From NCBI RefSeq assembly GCF_009914755.1, contig NC_060927.1: DNA of 64,000 nt, one strand, 5' to 3'. Shown piece by piece: positions 1 through 14,385 of the stretch (position 1 is the stretch's first letter; the number at the start of each line of letters is the position of its first letter). Under the pieces are notes generated by a model. That model saw nothing but the letters and a program-made list of their open reading frames with translations. It was not told where the DNA came from and did no database searches. Source of the stretch: the human T2T-CHM13v2.0 reference genome, Homo sapiens. Both the position numbers and the translations under genes were made by a program.

Positions 1-119
1 GGCCCATCATGACATCTTAATGGGCCTTCCACCAGTGTCTACTTTCTATGTAATAGAATATTAAACACATTTGTTAATATTAGGCCTATCCTAAGCCAAA
101 AATAATTTATAAAATAAGA

Positions 120-590
120 TGTTACTCTCAACTGGCTTAAACAAAGGGATTATCATCACAAACATCAAGAATTAAAATAAGGTGGCTTTAGGGTGACTGA
201 TTCAGTTATCCAATGCCATCATATATGACCTACGCTCCTTTCAGCTTTTCCCTCTGTCAGACTCAGCAAGAACCTTAGGATAACTCCCTTCATAGCCACA
301 TGTTAATTGTTATACTTCATGGGATCCTATTAAACACATATTGTCATGCAGTAGAAGTGGAAATATCCTTCCGTGTCTCCCTTTTCAGGTATGAGGAAGA
401 CTCCTAGAAGCCCCACAAGCTGACTTTCCCTGAAATGCAAAGGGCCAGGCTTTGATCACATGTCCCTTCCCAAATGAATCACTACTAGGCAGAATAGGAT
501 TACCCTGATTAGCTTGTAATATTCGGGATTTCCCCAAGCGATGTGGGATAGACGTGGACATACAAACAAAATTGGGGGTAAGCATGCAAG
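120..590. mobile_element. Old MaLR LTR (MLT1 family) remnant
   Basis: Motifs such as caactggcttaaacaaagg and gaatcactactaggcagaataggattaccctgattagctt resemble MLT1. Confidence 0.5.
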
Positions 591-1879
591 AAGGAAGAGG
601 GTAATTGCAAGGAAATCATTTTATAAATGCCATGGACATACAAGAAAAATGTCAAACATAAGAAAACAGAATACTTTAGGATGAAATAGTAAAATACACC
701 TTAATTTTGACCTGTTAAAATGAGAGTTTTATCTCCAAAATGTTTCCTATTAATCTCATCTTCCTTCTCTATGAAAAGCAAGGCTAATTACTAGACACTG
801 GGCAGACTACCACTAGAGCAATGAAACTAGAATACCTTCAAGAAGGGCAGCCAGTATAATGCATAATCTAGAAACCATTTCATAAAGGGTTGATAAAGCT
901 GAAGATATTGTCTGAAAAGGAATCAGGGAGAACATGAAAACTTTAAAATATTTGAAGTACTGTCACTGTGAAGACAATTACACAGTTTTAGAGATAAGCT
1001 AAATCGATGAATAATAAACAGGAAGATGAAATGTTTCAATATAAGATAATACTTTTATCTGGCATTTTTCAGTCTGAAGGCATAATAAGGTTGGCTACTC
1101 ATATGGGGCAGGGATAAACATCCCAGGTAACTTGAATAGCTACTATGGTTGTAGGCACTTTATGTACATTCACTTAATTCTAACAACATGCCTGCAAACT
1201 AGTTTTTAAATCCCAATTTCACGGACAAAAAATCTGAGTTGGACCAATTAAACACTGGAAATCACAAGGCTAAGCAGTAGGGAAAACTGGATTCTAACCC
1301 AGACCCATCTGTCTCCGAAGCTTGGCTCTTCCCACACACCAGACACCTAAGAGAAGTTAAATTAGCAGTTGTTAAGGAAGCAAATGGGGTTTTTGAGCTG
1401 GTGAGAACCAAATATCAACGGATTTGAAGTCCTATTCAAAATTAAGATGCCAGAAATGAAGTATTACTTCCTTCCATTTGACCAATACCTTCTAGTTTAA
1501 GAATGTTTCACATCGATCTTCCCACTGGTTCCTCACAGCAATGCTTTAAGGTAAGTTGGAGAAAGGCCTTATCCCCTGGCTTTCTACCTCAGAGAGGAAA
1601 AAAGAAAACAAAGATGAATCCTATCAACTTCCCTCTGCTTTGTCTCCAAGCATATTTGTATTTTCAACTTTTTCTCTATGATCTTTCATTTATTCAATAG
1701 TCATCTTTCATTTATTAAGTACTTCTTACATCTCAGGCATCAAATCTTCAAGACTTTGCAGTCTAATGGGAAGACCTTGTAGTTGCAGAGGAAAAGGTTC
1801 ATTCAAGACTGTATCTATCTTCTAATAGACCTTACTTTTTCAATTCTGATTCCTTTCTTACAGCTTTGGTTTAACCTTC

Positions 1880-3420
1880 TGTTCCTTTATTTTGGCCTAT
1901 AGAAAGCTTTCCTGCCTCTTCACCAAGCTACCACTCCTTTTGTTTGTTTGTTTGTTTTTAATTGTTTCGACCCACTGCAATCTAGCTTTCCACCAATCAA
2001 ATGAAATTGCTCCAAGGTCATCAATGATAATTTATTACAAAATCATCATTATTCTCAACTACTCTACAATATTGGGCAATAACCTCTCTTCTTGTTGCGT
2101 CCATAATATTTTTACCTATTTTTCTGGTCCCTTTTCTGGTCCTTTTCACTTGGTTTTTCTTCTACACACACCCCCCTTTTTTTTTTCTAGCTCCTTTTAA
2201 TCTCTTTTTGGACAATCTCATGTCAAAATTCTACTTATCATCTGCAGTCCACTTCCCCAAAGTGTTCTTTTTCTGAATTCCCATGTTGGTTAATAGTAAT
2301 GGCATCACCATGTACAAAGTAGCCCAACACACAGTAGCCTTCCCTTACTTCATCTCCCACTTTTAGTCAGTCACCAAGTTCTATGCATTTTACATAAAGT
2401 TTTCCTAAACTCTGTCTTCACAGTGACCTAATTCAAACCCACTTCAGTCCTCACCTAAGCTATCATAACTACCTCCTAACTAGCCTCTCAACTGTTGACT
2501 CTCCTTCTAGTTCTATACATCCTTGTAACAGACACAGGTACTTTCACACAGATCCTTTCCTTTAAGGAGAGTCTCTGGTCCTGAGACATACAAGAAACCC
2601 AAGCCTGACCAGAGTACTACCCACCCCTAACAACATGTCTCGTTCAGGAAAGAGCACATGACTGAAACTAGACAATGTCTTCCTCAGGACTTCACTTTCC
2701 TGCCAAGGCTATCAGAGAAAAATACTCTCTTTTCTTTCGGGATTGTGAGGACACAATCCCAGTAAGCAAAAACTGCTCATAGGAGGAATGAAAGAATGGG
2801 GGAGGATGGGAAACCCACTGTCACCAAGTCCTGGATCTAGCTCTGCTTGCCTGGCCAGTAAATATACTTTTGCATTTAAGCCAATTTGAGTTGGATTTCT
2901 GTCATTTGTAACCAAAAGTCCTGATTAACAATTATCTACACCACCAGTTACTTTTCTAAATCATAGATAAAATGTTGTCTACTTTTATTTAGTCAACTAT
3001 TTTGTTTGAGTATGCTATACTAAAGACTTCCAGCAGCCTGCCTTTAAGTTTCACATATATCAATGTGCTTGTTGCAATTCAAGTATACCATGCCACTACA
3101 TGCAGCTATGCCCTTGCAGATGCTGTTTCCTCTGCCTAGCACATCCCCCTCCCACCTCCTCATCCACAAAATGTATAGGTTTGCATAAAATAAGGTGGAA
3201 AATTAGACAGCAGCGAGATCATGAAGGGTGTTGAATGACACCGAGTAAATACACTTTAACCTATAGAATTTTAAGGCAAAAAGTTATAAAATAAGACTTG
3301 TATCTTAAAGAACTTACTGTGCATACAGTGTCAGGATGACCTAAAAATAAGGTGATACTAAAGGCAGAGAAAACAGTCAGTAGGCTATCACAATTAGTTT
3401 AAACCAGAGGCCATGTAGGA
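1880..3420. mobile_element. L2 fragments with an intervening MLT1-like LTR (~2525-2930)
   Basis: L2-type motifs (gctccaaggtcatcaatga, cagtcaccaagttctat, taactacctcctaactagcctc); MLT1-type end tttgagttggatttctgtcatttgtaaccaaaagtcctga. Confidence 0.55.
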
Positions 3421-4628
3421 TGGTGAAACAGTAAACTGGGACAACTTCTCTGGGAGAAAAAAAAAAAACTTGCCAACAGCTATCAATACCATTGATAAGT
3501 ATTTCAAACTTTAAGCTAGCATTTCTACTTGTAGGAACTGAGACATAAGAAAATAATGTGAGGCCTATAAAAATTTACATACCAAGATTTCAGTGAAGCA
3601 TTATTTACAACAAAAGACTGAAAATTTAAATGCTGAACAATAAAATGATTTAAAATACAGTATATATCACACAGTGAAACTATATCTAATATTTAAAAAT
3701 AAAATCTTTAAAGAATTTCTAAAACATGGGATATACTAAAAAATATTATATGGAATACAACACTGCAGTATAAACAAAATAATCTTAATTACGTTAAATA
3801 GAAGACTTTTTTTCTTTTTCATTTTTAGCATCAACACTACATGAGTTAGGTCAGTGGCAGGATTATGAGTAATTTGTTCTCTCCTTTTTTTTTTTTTTCC
3901 CCTAAGTAACATTGTCCTTAGCCATGATCCTTATTTGCTAAACAAAATCACAACTTTATAGGTAAGAAAAATAAGGCCTAGAGTGGTTACATGACAAAGT
4001 TCACATTCTAAGAGTTAAGACCACAACTTGAACACTGCCTATGTGAAGACTCACTGCCAAGAAGCAAACCTGCAAAGCCAGTCATTTAACCCATAACTCC
4101 TGTAAGCCTGAGACTCAAAGGCAAACCAAGCCTACTGTGAGTGACTTTAAACTTGCTGACCTACAATTCCCTATAAATTCATAACTCAAAAGCTATAAAA
4201 TAGCAAATGAAGAGCAGACTACAGAACAGGGTAGTTTAAGATGCTTGTTTTTATGACTTTATTTTTTAACTAAATAACCCTACAAAGAACAGAAAAGGAA
4301 ATAACAGCACACCAGACTGGAGAAACAAGGCCTCAGAGTAAGTTGTTAAGGGACACTGTTATTCTAGAGTCTGTTTTATTTTGATCTTTAAAAGAATAAG
4401 AGAATGCTTTATTAGAAGAAATTATTTCCCTGAATTAAGATCTCCATAATCTGTTACAATCACAAATAGACTCTATAGACTTAAGTACTCAACTCATTTA
4501 AGTAGGGTAGCTAACAAAAAGTCATTTGGTAGCTAAAAAAGCAGAATTTGAAAATAGTATTTGTGAAATAAAAGGGCTTCAGTGAAAGGAGTCTGAACAG
4601 CTACTGGATAGGAGAAAAGACAAAATAA

Positions 4629-4935
<307 letters not shown>

Positions 4936-5055
4936 AGGGACAATTTTTTTAAAACCTTTATTTTAACCTTATAAATTAAGAAATTGTGGTTTTCTATAGA
5001 TGCCATGTAAATGATAGTACCACCTAAAAAGTTAATACATTTAAAATGTTTCTAA

Positions 5056-5473
<418 letters not shown>

Positions 5474-6274
5474 CTATACCATTATCTTAATTTCATTGTT
5501 TTTTAAATGAATTTTCAAATGGTGCCCTTAGGTAAATTTAGAAAGGGTTTGCAGTAACCAATGGAAAAGCACCATCCAGTGGTAAAAGATGATAATTACA
5601 ATTTATACAGTTATTAAAAGCAAAATTAGCTAAATGATTTGTGACTCTGCCTTTTCTCCAACACACATTCCAGGAAAGAAAAGGTAAACTGGCTATATAA
5701 TACTGAGGGTATCTGCTATTTGTTACCATTTTCTTAATCAAATTTTACTATATTAAGTTGGCATTTCGTTGTTGTTTTTCTGTCTTGCTTACCAATTATC
5801 CAAATGCTCGTTTGGGAACAGAATTAGGATAGGGGCATTGTTAAAATTCATCTAAAGCCTTTATTAAGCCACAGGCTAGAAAATGGTTTAAAAAGTGTGT
5901 GAGGGGGTGAATTTCCAATGGAACTCTAGTTACCAACAGCCATCCCACAGAACAACAAATAAGTCATTCTATGTACTTTTTTAAAAGGTGATCATGGGTA
6001 GGTAATCTAGACCCTCCTGAAAAGGCCAGGTAAAGATTCACAATCAGAGATTTCATAAAGAATTCAGAATTTCTAAAAGGAACATGAATCCTGAATGTGA
6101 CCCGATTCACTCCAATTTGAAGAAAACAATCAGGTAAACGGTGTGTTCCCAATAATCTACCCCTATCCTATCAGAAAACAGATGAATAAAATCTGCAGTT
6201 TCCAACATAACAGCTTTTTAATCACCTCCTTTTTTTTTTTTTTTTTTAGAGAAAAAATTAAAAAGTTTAATACA

Positions 6275-6570
<296 letters not shown>

Positions 6571-7421
6571 CCCCAAAACTTTAATGAAACCAAAAACAAA
6601 TTATTACAGAAACCCAGTAAGGATGATTCTTTGTTCTGAAACAACTTTACATCAAGTCTACTTGATATCAAATGGTATTACTGTTTGGGATCATAAGATA
6701 TTTAACAAAAAGTACAGCATACTGCACCTTGGTAATGACAAAAAAATCAATTACTGGGCCATAATTTTCTCCTTTTATACTCTAAAAAATATTTCAATAT
6801 GTTTGAATCTGACATAAGAAGCCTAACAAATACTACCAATGATATCAAACAAGCTTATCCTATCTTCACTAGTGCCTGCAGTCCAACACACCTGGAGGTT
6901 GTGAGATTTTTTAAAAACTACTTTCATGAAAACATAGGAGTCACTCAAATAATTGAGGTTCCCCAGTGATTACTGAATGACTGTTAATGTTTAAAGTGTG
7001 CAGCACAATCATTTAACATGTAAGAGAATGAGCTATGAGCAAAAGGATGCATACATCTAAACCAAAGTTTGAAAACCTTTAGTAATTTAGTATTTCAGAA
7101 CAAAATAAATAAAACTAGTTGCGATACCATTATTTTCAGCTGTTTAACATTTTCTTCTCCAAGACAGAGATCTTAGATTTAAAAGCCCCCTCCACTGAAA
7201 ATTTATTTGAATTATAAAACGGCTATACTAAGTCTTCCACTAACACAGGGTCCACTACTATAAATGTTTCTACAATAAAGGACTTTTTGGCTGACACTAA
7301 CTATTTACTCACATACAGTTATGTATGAAAGCTAAGTTACAAGGAGGCTTAAACAGCAACAAACTAACAAATTACAAGAGCTGCCTATATTACTGCAAGA
7401 GACTACTAGAAAATAACCTAC

Positions 7422-7491
7422 CATAATAGGAATTCCCATACTATTTTCCTCTGGTGGAGGCAGTTGTACTGTTTCAATTCCAATCACAGGC
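7422..7491 (-). other. ANKRD28: Candidate 70-nt alternative cassette exon in intron 1
   Basis: Polypyrimidine tract TTCTTTCTTTTGATATCTGTTTTCTGCTACAG|G acceptor and ATG|GTAGGT donor in non-repetitive DNA; one frame open (PVIGIETVQLPPPEENSMGIPIM) ending in phase 0. Confidence 0.65.
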
Positions 7492-7810
7492 CTGTAGCAG
7501 AAAACAGATATCAAAAGAAAGAATACGCTGATCCTAGAAATTAAGGGCTATGTTATTTATAAATAACTAGTACCTTAACAAAACATTGAATTATTGGATA
7601 ATATTCAAAAACTTACTTTGGATTTTATTAATTCAGAATTTACTTTTATCCTTCTATCAAGAAAAAAAATACTAATCTGGGCAACAAAACATTTTTTAAA
7701 GGCTTTCTTTATATATTAAACAGAATTGGCTTCCCAGAAGAGACTTAAAAAGTGGTGTTTGTTTCTTAGAATTCCTAGCAACAAGTCATTCTCATAAATC
7801 TTAAACACAA

Positions 7811-7837
7811 ACACACACACACACATATACACACACA
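7811..7837. repeat. Imperfect (AC)n microsatellite ((UG)n in the pre-mRNA)
   Basis: acacacacacacacatatacacacaca. Confidence 0.85.
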
Positions 7838-8489
7838 AACTTTTCAAATGCATTCACTAATAATATATTCAGTTACTTACTAATCAGCAATTATTTACCC
7901 ATGGGGATGTGTTGATTTAAGAAACTGCCTATGAAAAGTTTAAAATATTCAATCTATACACTTTTTGAATATGTAGAACATACTCATTTCAGTAATACAT
8001 AAATTTAAGAAATCACTGCAATATCTCTCAAAGAAAACTCTGGTAATTTTATACATATATTATATATAAAAAGTATATATATATACTTTTTTAAAGGTTA
8101 GGATAATACATACATATTATTTAGTAACTTGCTTGTCTCCATCACTCCTCATTTAACAATGTGGACCTTAAATATTCCGCAACACCCTGAATATGACATT
8201 CCATTCAAAAATACTGTATTTAATTTCCTAAGAGTAAATATTTGGGTTGCTTCTATTTTAAAATTCATATATAATAATTTTTCTAAGAATATTATATATT
8301 CTTGTATAATACTTTTCCCAAGATAAAAAATAAAATTCCCACAAGTTAATTTTAGTGAAATGGCTTGTCTTCACATAAATAAAATTAGGCCTAAAAAATT
8401 ATGGAGCCATAATTCTCAAGTGCAATGACCTAGAAAGAACAAATGTCAGAATTACATTCCCTACATAAAAGTGTGGGGCCAACCACATT

Positions 8490-8777
8490 TCTTTTGTTTT
8501 TCTTTTATGACAAAATTTTGCCCTGTCACCCAGGTTGGAGTACAGTGGCCCAAATGTAGTTTCAACCTCCTGGGTTCAAATGATCCTCCCACCTCAGCCT
8601 CCTGAGTAGCTGCGACCACAGGCATGCATAACCTCACCCAGTTAATTTTTTAATTTGTTTGTAGAGATGGGGTCTCATTATGTTGCCTAGGCTGGTCTCA
8701 AACTCCTGGGCTCAAGCGATCCTCCTGCCTTGGCCTCCCAAAGTGCTGGGGTTACATGAGTGAGCCACTGCACCACC
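8490..8777 (-). mobile_element. AluJ
   Basis: Diverged Alu reverse complement. Confidence 0.9.
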
Positions 8778-10097
8778 CACACACTTCTTATTGTTCTGAA
8801 AGAATCGTCATCAATGCTATGACAAAGAATCATCTTTGTTATAGTAATTACTATTGTAGTAATTAATGCCTTCTAAAATGTTAGAAGACATAAACTATCC
8901 TTGGATAGTTGGAGGAAGGTCAGCTATAGTTCTAAACATAAAAATCTGTTATTTCTTCCCTTGTCAAAATTATTTATGAACAAATCAACCTCATCAGAAA
9001 ATATTAAAGGTACATTATTTTAGGTTCTACAGCATGTAACAGATATGGTAATAGAATTAGTCTGCCATATGGTGGCAGCAAATACCAAAGAAAATTAATT
9101 TCTTGAGTACGTCCATTTAAAAAGTTAATGTCTTCCCTGAGTCATGTATTTTAAACAAAGGTTTCAAATAGAAGAGGCTTTACAGGTTTTCATAATTATG
9201 TTTTAATCTTGTTATATTAATAGTCAAGCTCAAAACAATATCACGAGCATATTTCTGACTGATTGAAAACCGCCTTCTGTTACTATGGCATTTACCAAAT
9301 CAAACTGCCTCAAAAACTATGTGGCTCTTGATGCTTATCAGGCAACATGTAATTGCAATGATTTTCATTGTATTAACTAAAATTTACATATCTTATAGAA
9401 AAATTAAATTTTCTTACTTTAACCAAATCCACCTAGCCTAGCCTCCTACCTCCACAAATATTTACTCAATAATTGTTTGTTAATAACTATTTATATGCTA
9501 AATGCACGGAATATAGCAGTAAACACAAGAATAGTTTCAGGTTTCATGAAACTTACACAAAATCTCTCATGTATTTCCTTTTCCCTGATTTGTAATATGG
9601 GGTTATTAAGACCAGCTTAAGTTAACAGCCTAAGGATAAAAAATACTACAGTGTCTCTTCACCTATAATTTACAATTTAAAAAACACTACACAGAAATAT
9701 TCAAGTAAGAAAGTTTTATTTTTCCTGCTATGACTATGACTGCTTTAAAGTCTTTCTGTTCTATAAAGTTGCTTCAAAAGGAAAAGTGTTTGGTGCCCTT
9801 TATTTTACTACACTATTTAACCCACTAGATGCTAACTAACAAACATTTAAGTTACATGAAACTGAAAAATGTATAAGAGCATCTTTTCATATAAAATTAT
9901 CAAAGTATGTCAATCGTCTCAATTTATATATAGAAGTTATTGCCAAAGTGTCTTATAATCCAAGACACTGAGAGATAGGAAGCTAGGATAATGAGTAAAT
10001 CCAAACTGAGAGTAAATATGTACATAGGTTGTGCATAGATTAATCATAGAGTTAAAACACATCTGAAAACCCATCTCTATTAAAAAAGAGGAGGGAG

Positions 10098-10250
10098 GTA
10101 GCCACAGTGGCTCATGCCTGTAATCCCAGCACTTTGGGAGGCCAAAGTGAGAGGATCACTTCAGCTCAGGAGTTGGAGACCAGCCTGGACAACACAGCAA
10201 AACCCTGTCTCTGTAAGAAAACAAAACCAAAACCAAAAGAAACCCAAACA
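10098..10250 (+). mobile_element. Alu monomer (FLAM/left arm)
   Basis: Left-arm consensus followed by A-rich tail. Confidence 0.85.
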
Positions 10251-11308
10251 AAAGCACACATCTGAATACTGTAAAGGCCCAGTCTTCCACAGAGTGAGCA
10301 TCGTTTAAGGTAGGGGCTGTGTCTCACTCATTTCATCAGTATGTCCACTCTACGATTTTCCTTAACATGTAACAGTGATGAACAATTTCTCACGCACAAA
10401 CATTTCACATACTGATGATTTTATCTTGTCAGTAGAAGTACCATGGTTTTTTTTTTCCTTGTTATTTTGTTTTTGTCCCAACTAGATAGAAAATTTTATA
10501 GGTTATAAACTAACATCGGCAATTTCATATGGTCCAACCTAATATCAATTGCTCACAACATTAAGTTCCTAGAGCTACCGGTAGGCACCATTTCTTATTG
10601 CTCTAAGTACTCACCTTCTAATAAGGGAAAAGAGAAATAAAAAGTAAACTACAAAGCAGTGCAATAAGTGCTCTCCTAAAAGTTTGTTGTGTGTATCTGT
10701 GACAGAGGGAGACAGACAGACATACAGTTCCTTAGGAATCACAAGATATACCAGTTGATGAATCCTATGAGGAAAACTGGAGGGCAACCTAGTAAATAAA
10801 ATTAACTAAGATTCCTTTGCTAAGTGATCGCTATACTGAGATTTATATATTTAAATAAATATAAAATTACCAGGAAACCACTAATTTCTTCCTAAGATGA
10901 GATACAAGCAAGAATGCCTGCTCTTAATCACTCTTACTTAATATCATATTGAAAGAAAGAGCACTGCCATAAGGGTAGAAGGAATAAGGGATATATAGTT
11001 TGGAAGGGAAGAAATAAAAGTGCTTGCATTCACAGACAACATGATTGTCTTTATAGAAGATTCCATGGAATCTATTAAAAAATGCCTAGAATTAATAAGT
11101 TTAGCAAAGTCATAGATTACCATTGCTGTTTCTACATACTACCAATGAACAACTGGAAATCAAAACAAAAAGCAGTACCATTTATAATAATACCCCAAAA
11201 CTCAAAAATACTAAGGTATAAATTCAACAAAATATGTACAGATTCTGTATGCTGAAAATCACAAAATACTGATGAAAGACATCAGAGACAACGTAAAGAA
11301 AACAGATA

Positions 11309-11953
11309 CAGGAGCTCCCCCGTTATCCACAGAGGATATATGCCACCCCTCCCTCACTCCACGGAAGCCCAAACATCTCAGGTAGTGCTGAACCCTATAT
11401 ATACTATGTTTTGTCCGACACAGGTTGAACATTCTTAATCTGGCAATTCAAAATCTGAAATGCTGTAAACTCTGAAACTTTTTGAGTGCTCATATGATGC
11501 CACAAGTGGAAAATTCCACAAATAAGTACTTAACAGAAACTTTGTTTCATGCACAAATTTAAAATAGTTTACAAAATTACCTTTGGGTTACACGTATAAG
11601 ATGTATATGAAACAAATGAATTTCGTGTTTAGACTTGGGTCCCATCTCCAAGATCTCTCATTACATTTATGCAAATATTCCAAAATCACAAACACATCTA
11701 GTCCCAAGCATTTCAGACTAGGAATACTCAACCTGTACATACATACCCTATGATAAAGTTTAACTGATAAATTAGGTAAAATAAGAGATTAGTAACAACT
11801 AATAATAAAATAGAACAATTTTAACAACACACTGTAAAATGAAAGTGAGATGAATGTGGTCTCTCACAAGATACTTTAATATTTTTGGACCATAATTGAC
11901 TGCAGGTGTTTCAAGCTATAGAAACCAAAACAGTGGATAATGGGAAACTACTG
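11309..11953. mobile_element. MER44-type Tigger DNA transposon
   Basis: TA-flanked TIRs cag..cccccgttatcc / ggataatgggaaactactg; typical internal sequence. Confidence 0.75.
11421..11735. mobile_element. Tigger4/MER46-type element nested in MER44
   Basis: TIRs caggttgaacattc / gaatactcaacctg followed by TA. Confidence 0.8.
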
Positions 11954-12178
11954 TACCATGCTCATGGTTGGGAAGACTCAATATTCTTATAATTTCAATT
12001 TTTCCTCATTTAATTTATAGGTGAAAAGTAATCACAGTCAAAATCTCAGTGGGCTTTTTTGTAGAAATCAATAAACTGATGTGAAATTCATATGGAAAGG
12101 AAAAGAAATTAGAAAAACCAAAGCAATTTTGAAAATCAATAAAATTGAGGGATTCATACTACTAGAGTGCTCCAGTAA

Positions 12179-12480
12179 GGCCAGGCATATTGGCTCACGC
12201 CTATAATTCCAGTGCTTTGGGAGGACAAGGTGGGAGGACTGCTTGAGCCCAAGAGTTCAAGACCAGCCTAGGCAACATGGCAAGACCCTGTCTCTACAAA
12301 AAAATTAAAAATTAAGCAGGCATGATGGCGTCCACCTGTAGTCCCAGCTACTTGGGAGGCTGAGGTGGGAGGATTGCTTGAGCCTGGGAGGTCAAAGCTG
12401 TAGTGAGCTGAGAGCATGTCACTGCACTCTAAACTGGGCAATAGAGCAAGACCCTTTCTCAAAAAAAAGAAAGAAAGCAA
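12179..12480 (+). mobile_element. AluJ
   Basis: Alu consensus, J-type right arm. Confidence 0.92.
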
Positions 12481-14161
12481 AGATAGTGATATTGGAGTAA
12501 GAATAAACATATAGATCCAATGGAAGGCGACAGAAGAGTCCATAAATAGAGCTACACATATATAGTCAACTGATTTCTGACAAAGGTACAAAGGCAGTTC
12601 AAGACAGTAAAATATTATCTTTCCAACAAATCAACCTGAAACAACTGGATAATTCATTTGGAAAATGAGGGTAACTGATACTTGCTTATATAGTCATAAA
12701 ATCTCTAGGTATAAACAAAATAATATTGGTTGGCTACAGTACAGGAAACCAGATGACTTGGGATTGATGTGAATAGAGATGGAAGAGACAATTTTTACAT
12801 TATACTGTTTGTATTCCTTGTAAATCATGAACTATGATTGCCTGTTACAAGTTACACAGATGAATCAGATGCATACCAATGTATTAAGAATTACAAAAAA
12901 CAATGCTTTCCTCAATAAATTACTAAAATGTGTGAAACAGATACATTTTACTCTGCCAGTCTGTTTTCTTCCAGCACAAAGGCTGTTAAACCAATCAGAA
13001 ATCATTAGGGGTGGAGCCTGGGAATTTATAATTTCAAACAAGTGATTCTAATTCAGAGCTAAGGTTTAGAACCAATCATAGGGCATGGTTATCATATGCA
13101 ATGCACTGTACTGACCAAGCTGAGTTAATAAAATATTTCCTTCCCTCAAAGGCAAAAGCAAATGACCAAGATATAATGAATGTACATAGAATATTAATTT
13201 GGTCACATGGTACTACAAAGGAAATAATTTAAGAAAAATAATTTTTGCTAAACCCCAATGAAAACATTAGGTAAAGGGTTGGTAGGAAACATGATGAATC
13301 AAGTTGACAACATTTGTACAGACTGGTATTATCACTAGGAATAGAGCAACTTGTTATGCACCCACTTGTGCAATAATGTACGTATGTTTATCTACATGTC
13401 TGTATGTGTGTATATATATGCATATATATCAACCTATAATACACATGGCATACAGGATAAAGTGATAGGTGGCTATATGCATATTGACAATTGCTTTATT
13501 ATACCTGACAGTCTTTCTTAAAAACAAACAACAGTGGAATCTAATAAAATCTTTAAAGCTACTGATTTACCAAAAAAAAGAGGAATATGTTAAACAACAC
13601 TGTGAAGATACAATCAGCTAAAGTAGAATGTGGGAAATCCTACAGAACAAATGACACAAGTTCTTCAATAAATACATTCATTTTTTAAAAGGGAAGGGGA
13701 ATGTAGTAGAGAAAGAGACTTAGGAAACTAATCATATGCAATGTTTAAATCCTGTTTAGATCTATTCTAACAAACTAACCTTCAAGACATCTGACACACA
13801 CACAAAATGAAATGCAAATTAATTTTGCTTCAAAATACTCCAAAGACATTGAGGAATGGTAAAATTGGTAACTGGTCTTAATTCACAGGGGTTCATTAAT
13901 GTCTTTTCCGCATGACAAAGTTTAATAATTAAATTATTAACATTAAAGAAATTCAATTATATGATGATATCACAAAAAAAGAAAATAATGCAATTTTAGA
14001 TTGACATCTCCCTATTACCCTATTCACAGATAATACTGTTTTCCTTTTTTGACACTTCCTTCTGAAAAAGTTAAAGTGGTTAGGTCCAAATTTAGTCACT
14101 AAACTTTACAGCAATACATATATGAACCAATTTAAGGAAATCTAGATCTGGTAAATCCACA

Positions 14162-14385
14162 TCAGGGTTTCTCAATGTTGGCACTACCAACATTTTAGGA
14201 CATATAATTCTTTGTCATGGGGTCCACTCCTATCCATTGCCGGATGTTTAGTAGCATCTCTGGTCTCTACCCACTAGATGCCAGTAGCATAACTCATTCC
14301 CCTAAATTGTGATGACCAGAAATATTTCCAGATATTGCCAAATGTCCCCTGGAGAACAATAACACCCCTCATTTGAGAAAGACTG
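14162..14385. mobile_element. MER20 (hAT-Charlie)
   Basis: cagggtttctcaa...ggatgtttagtagcatctctggtctctacccactagatgccagtagc...ttgagaaagactg. Confidence 0.85.

Larger units (their letters stand above)
10790..12660 (+). mobile_element. Old L1M ORF2 fragment interrupted by MER44, a Tigger4/MER46 element and AluJ
   Basis: L1 ORF2 motifs (ttcacagacaacatgattgtc, ccatgctcatggttgggaagactcaatatt) resume exactly across the inserts. Confidence 0.85.

Noticed and set aside
9850-10230. A possible small phase-2 exon that would make the 70-nt cassette in frame with the normal AUG
   Set aside because: Acceptor-like sites exist but I found no convincing matching GT donor; the search was by eye and not exhaustive
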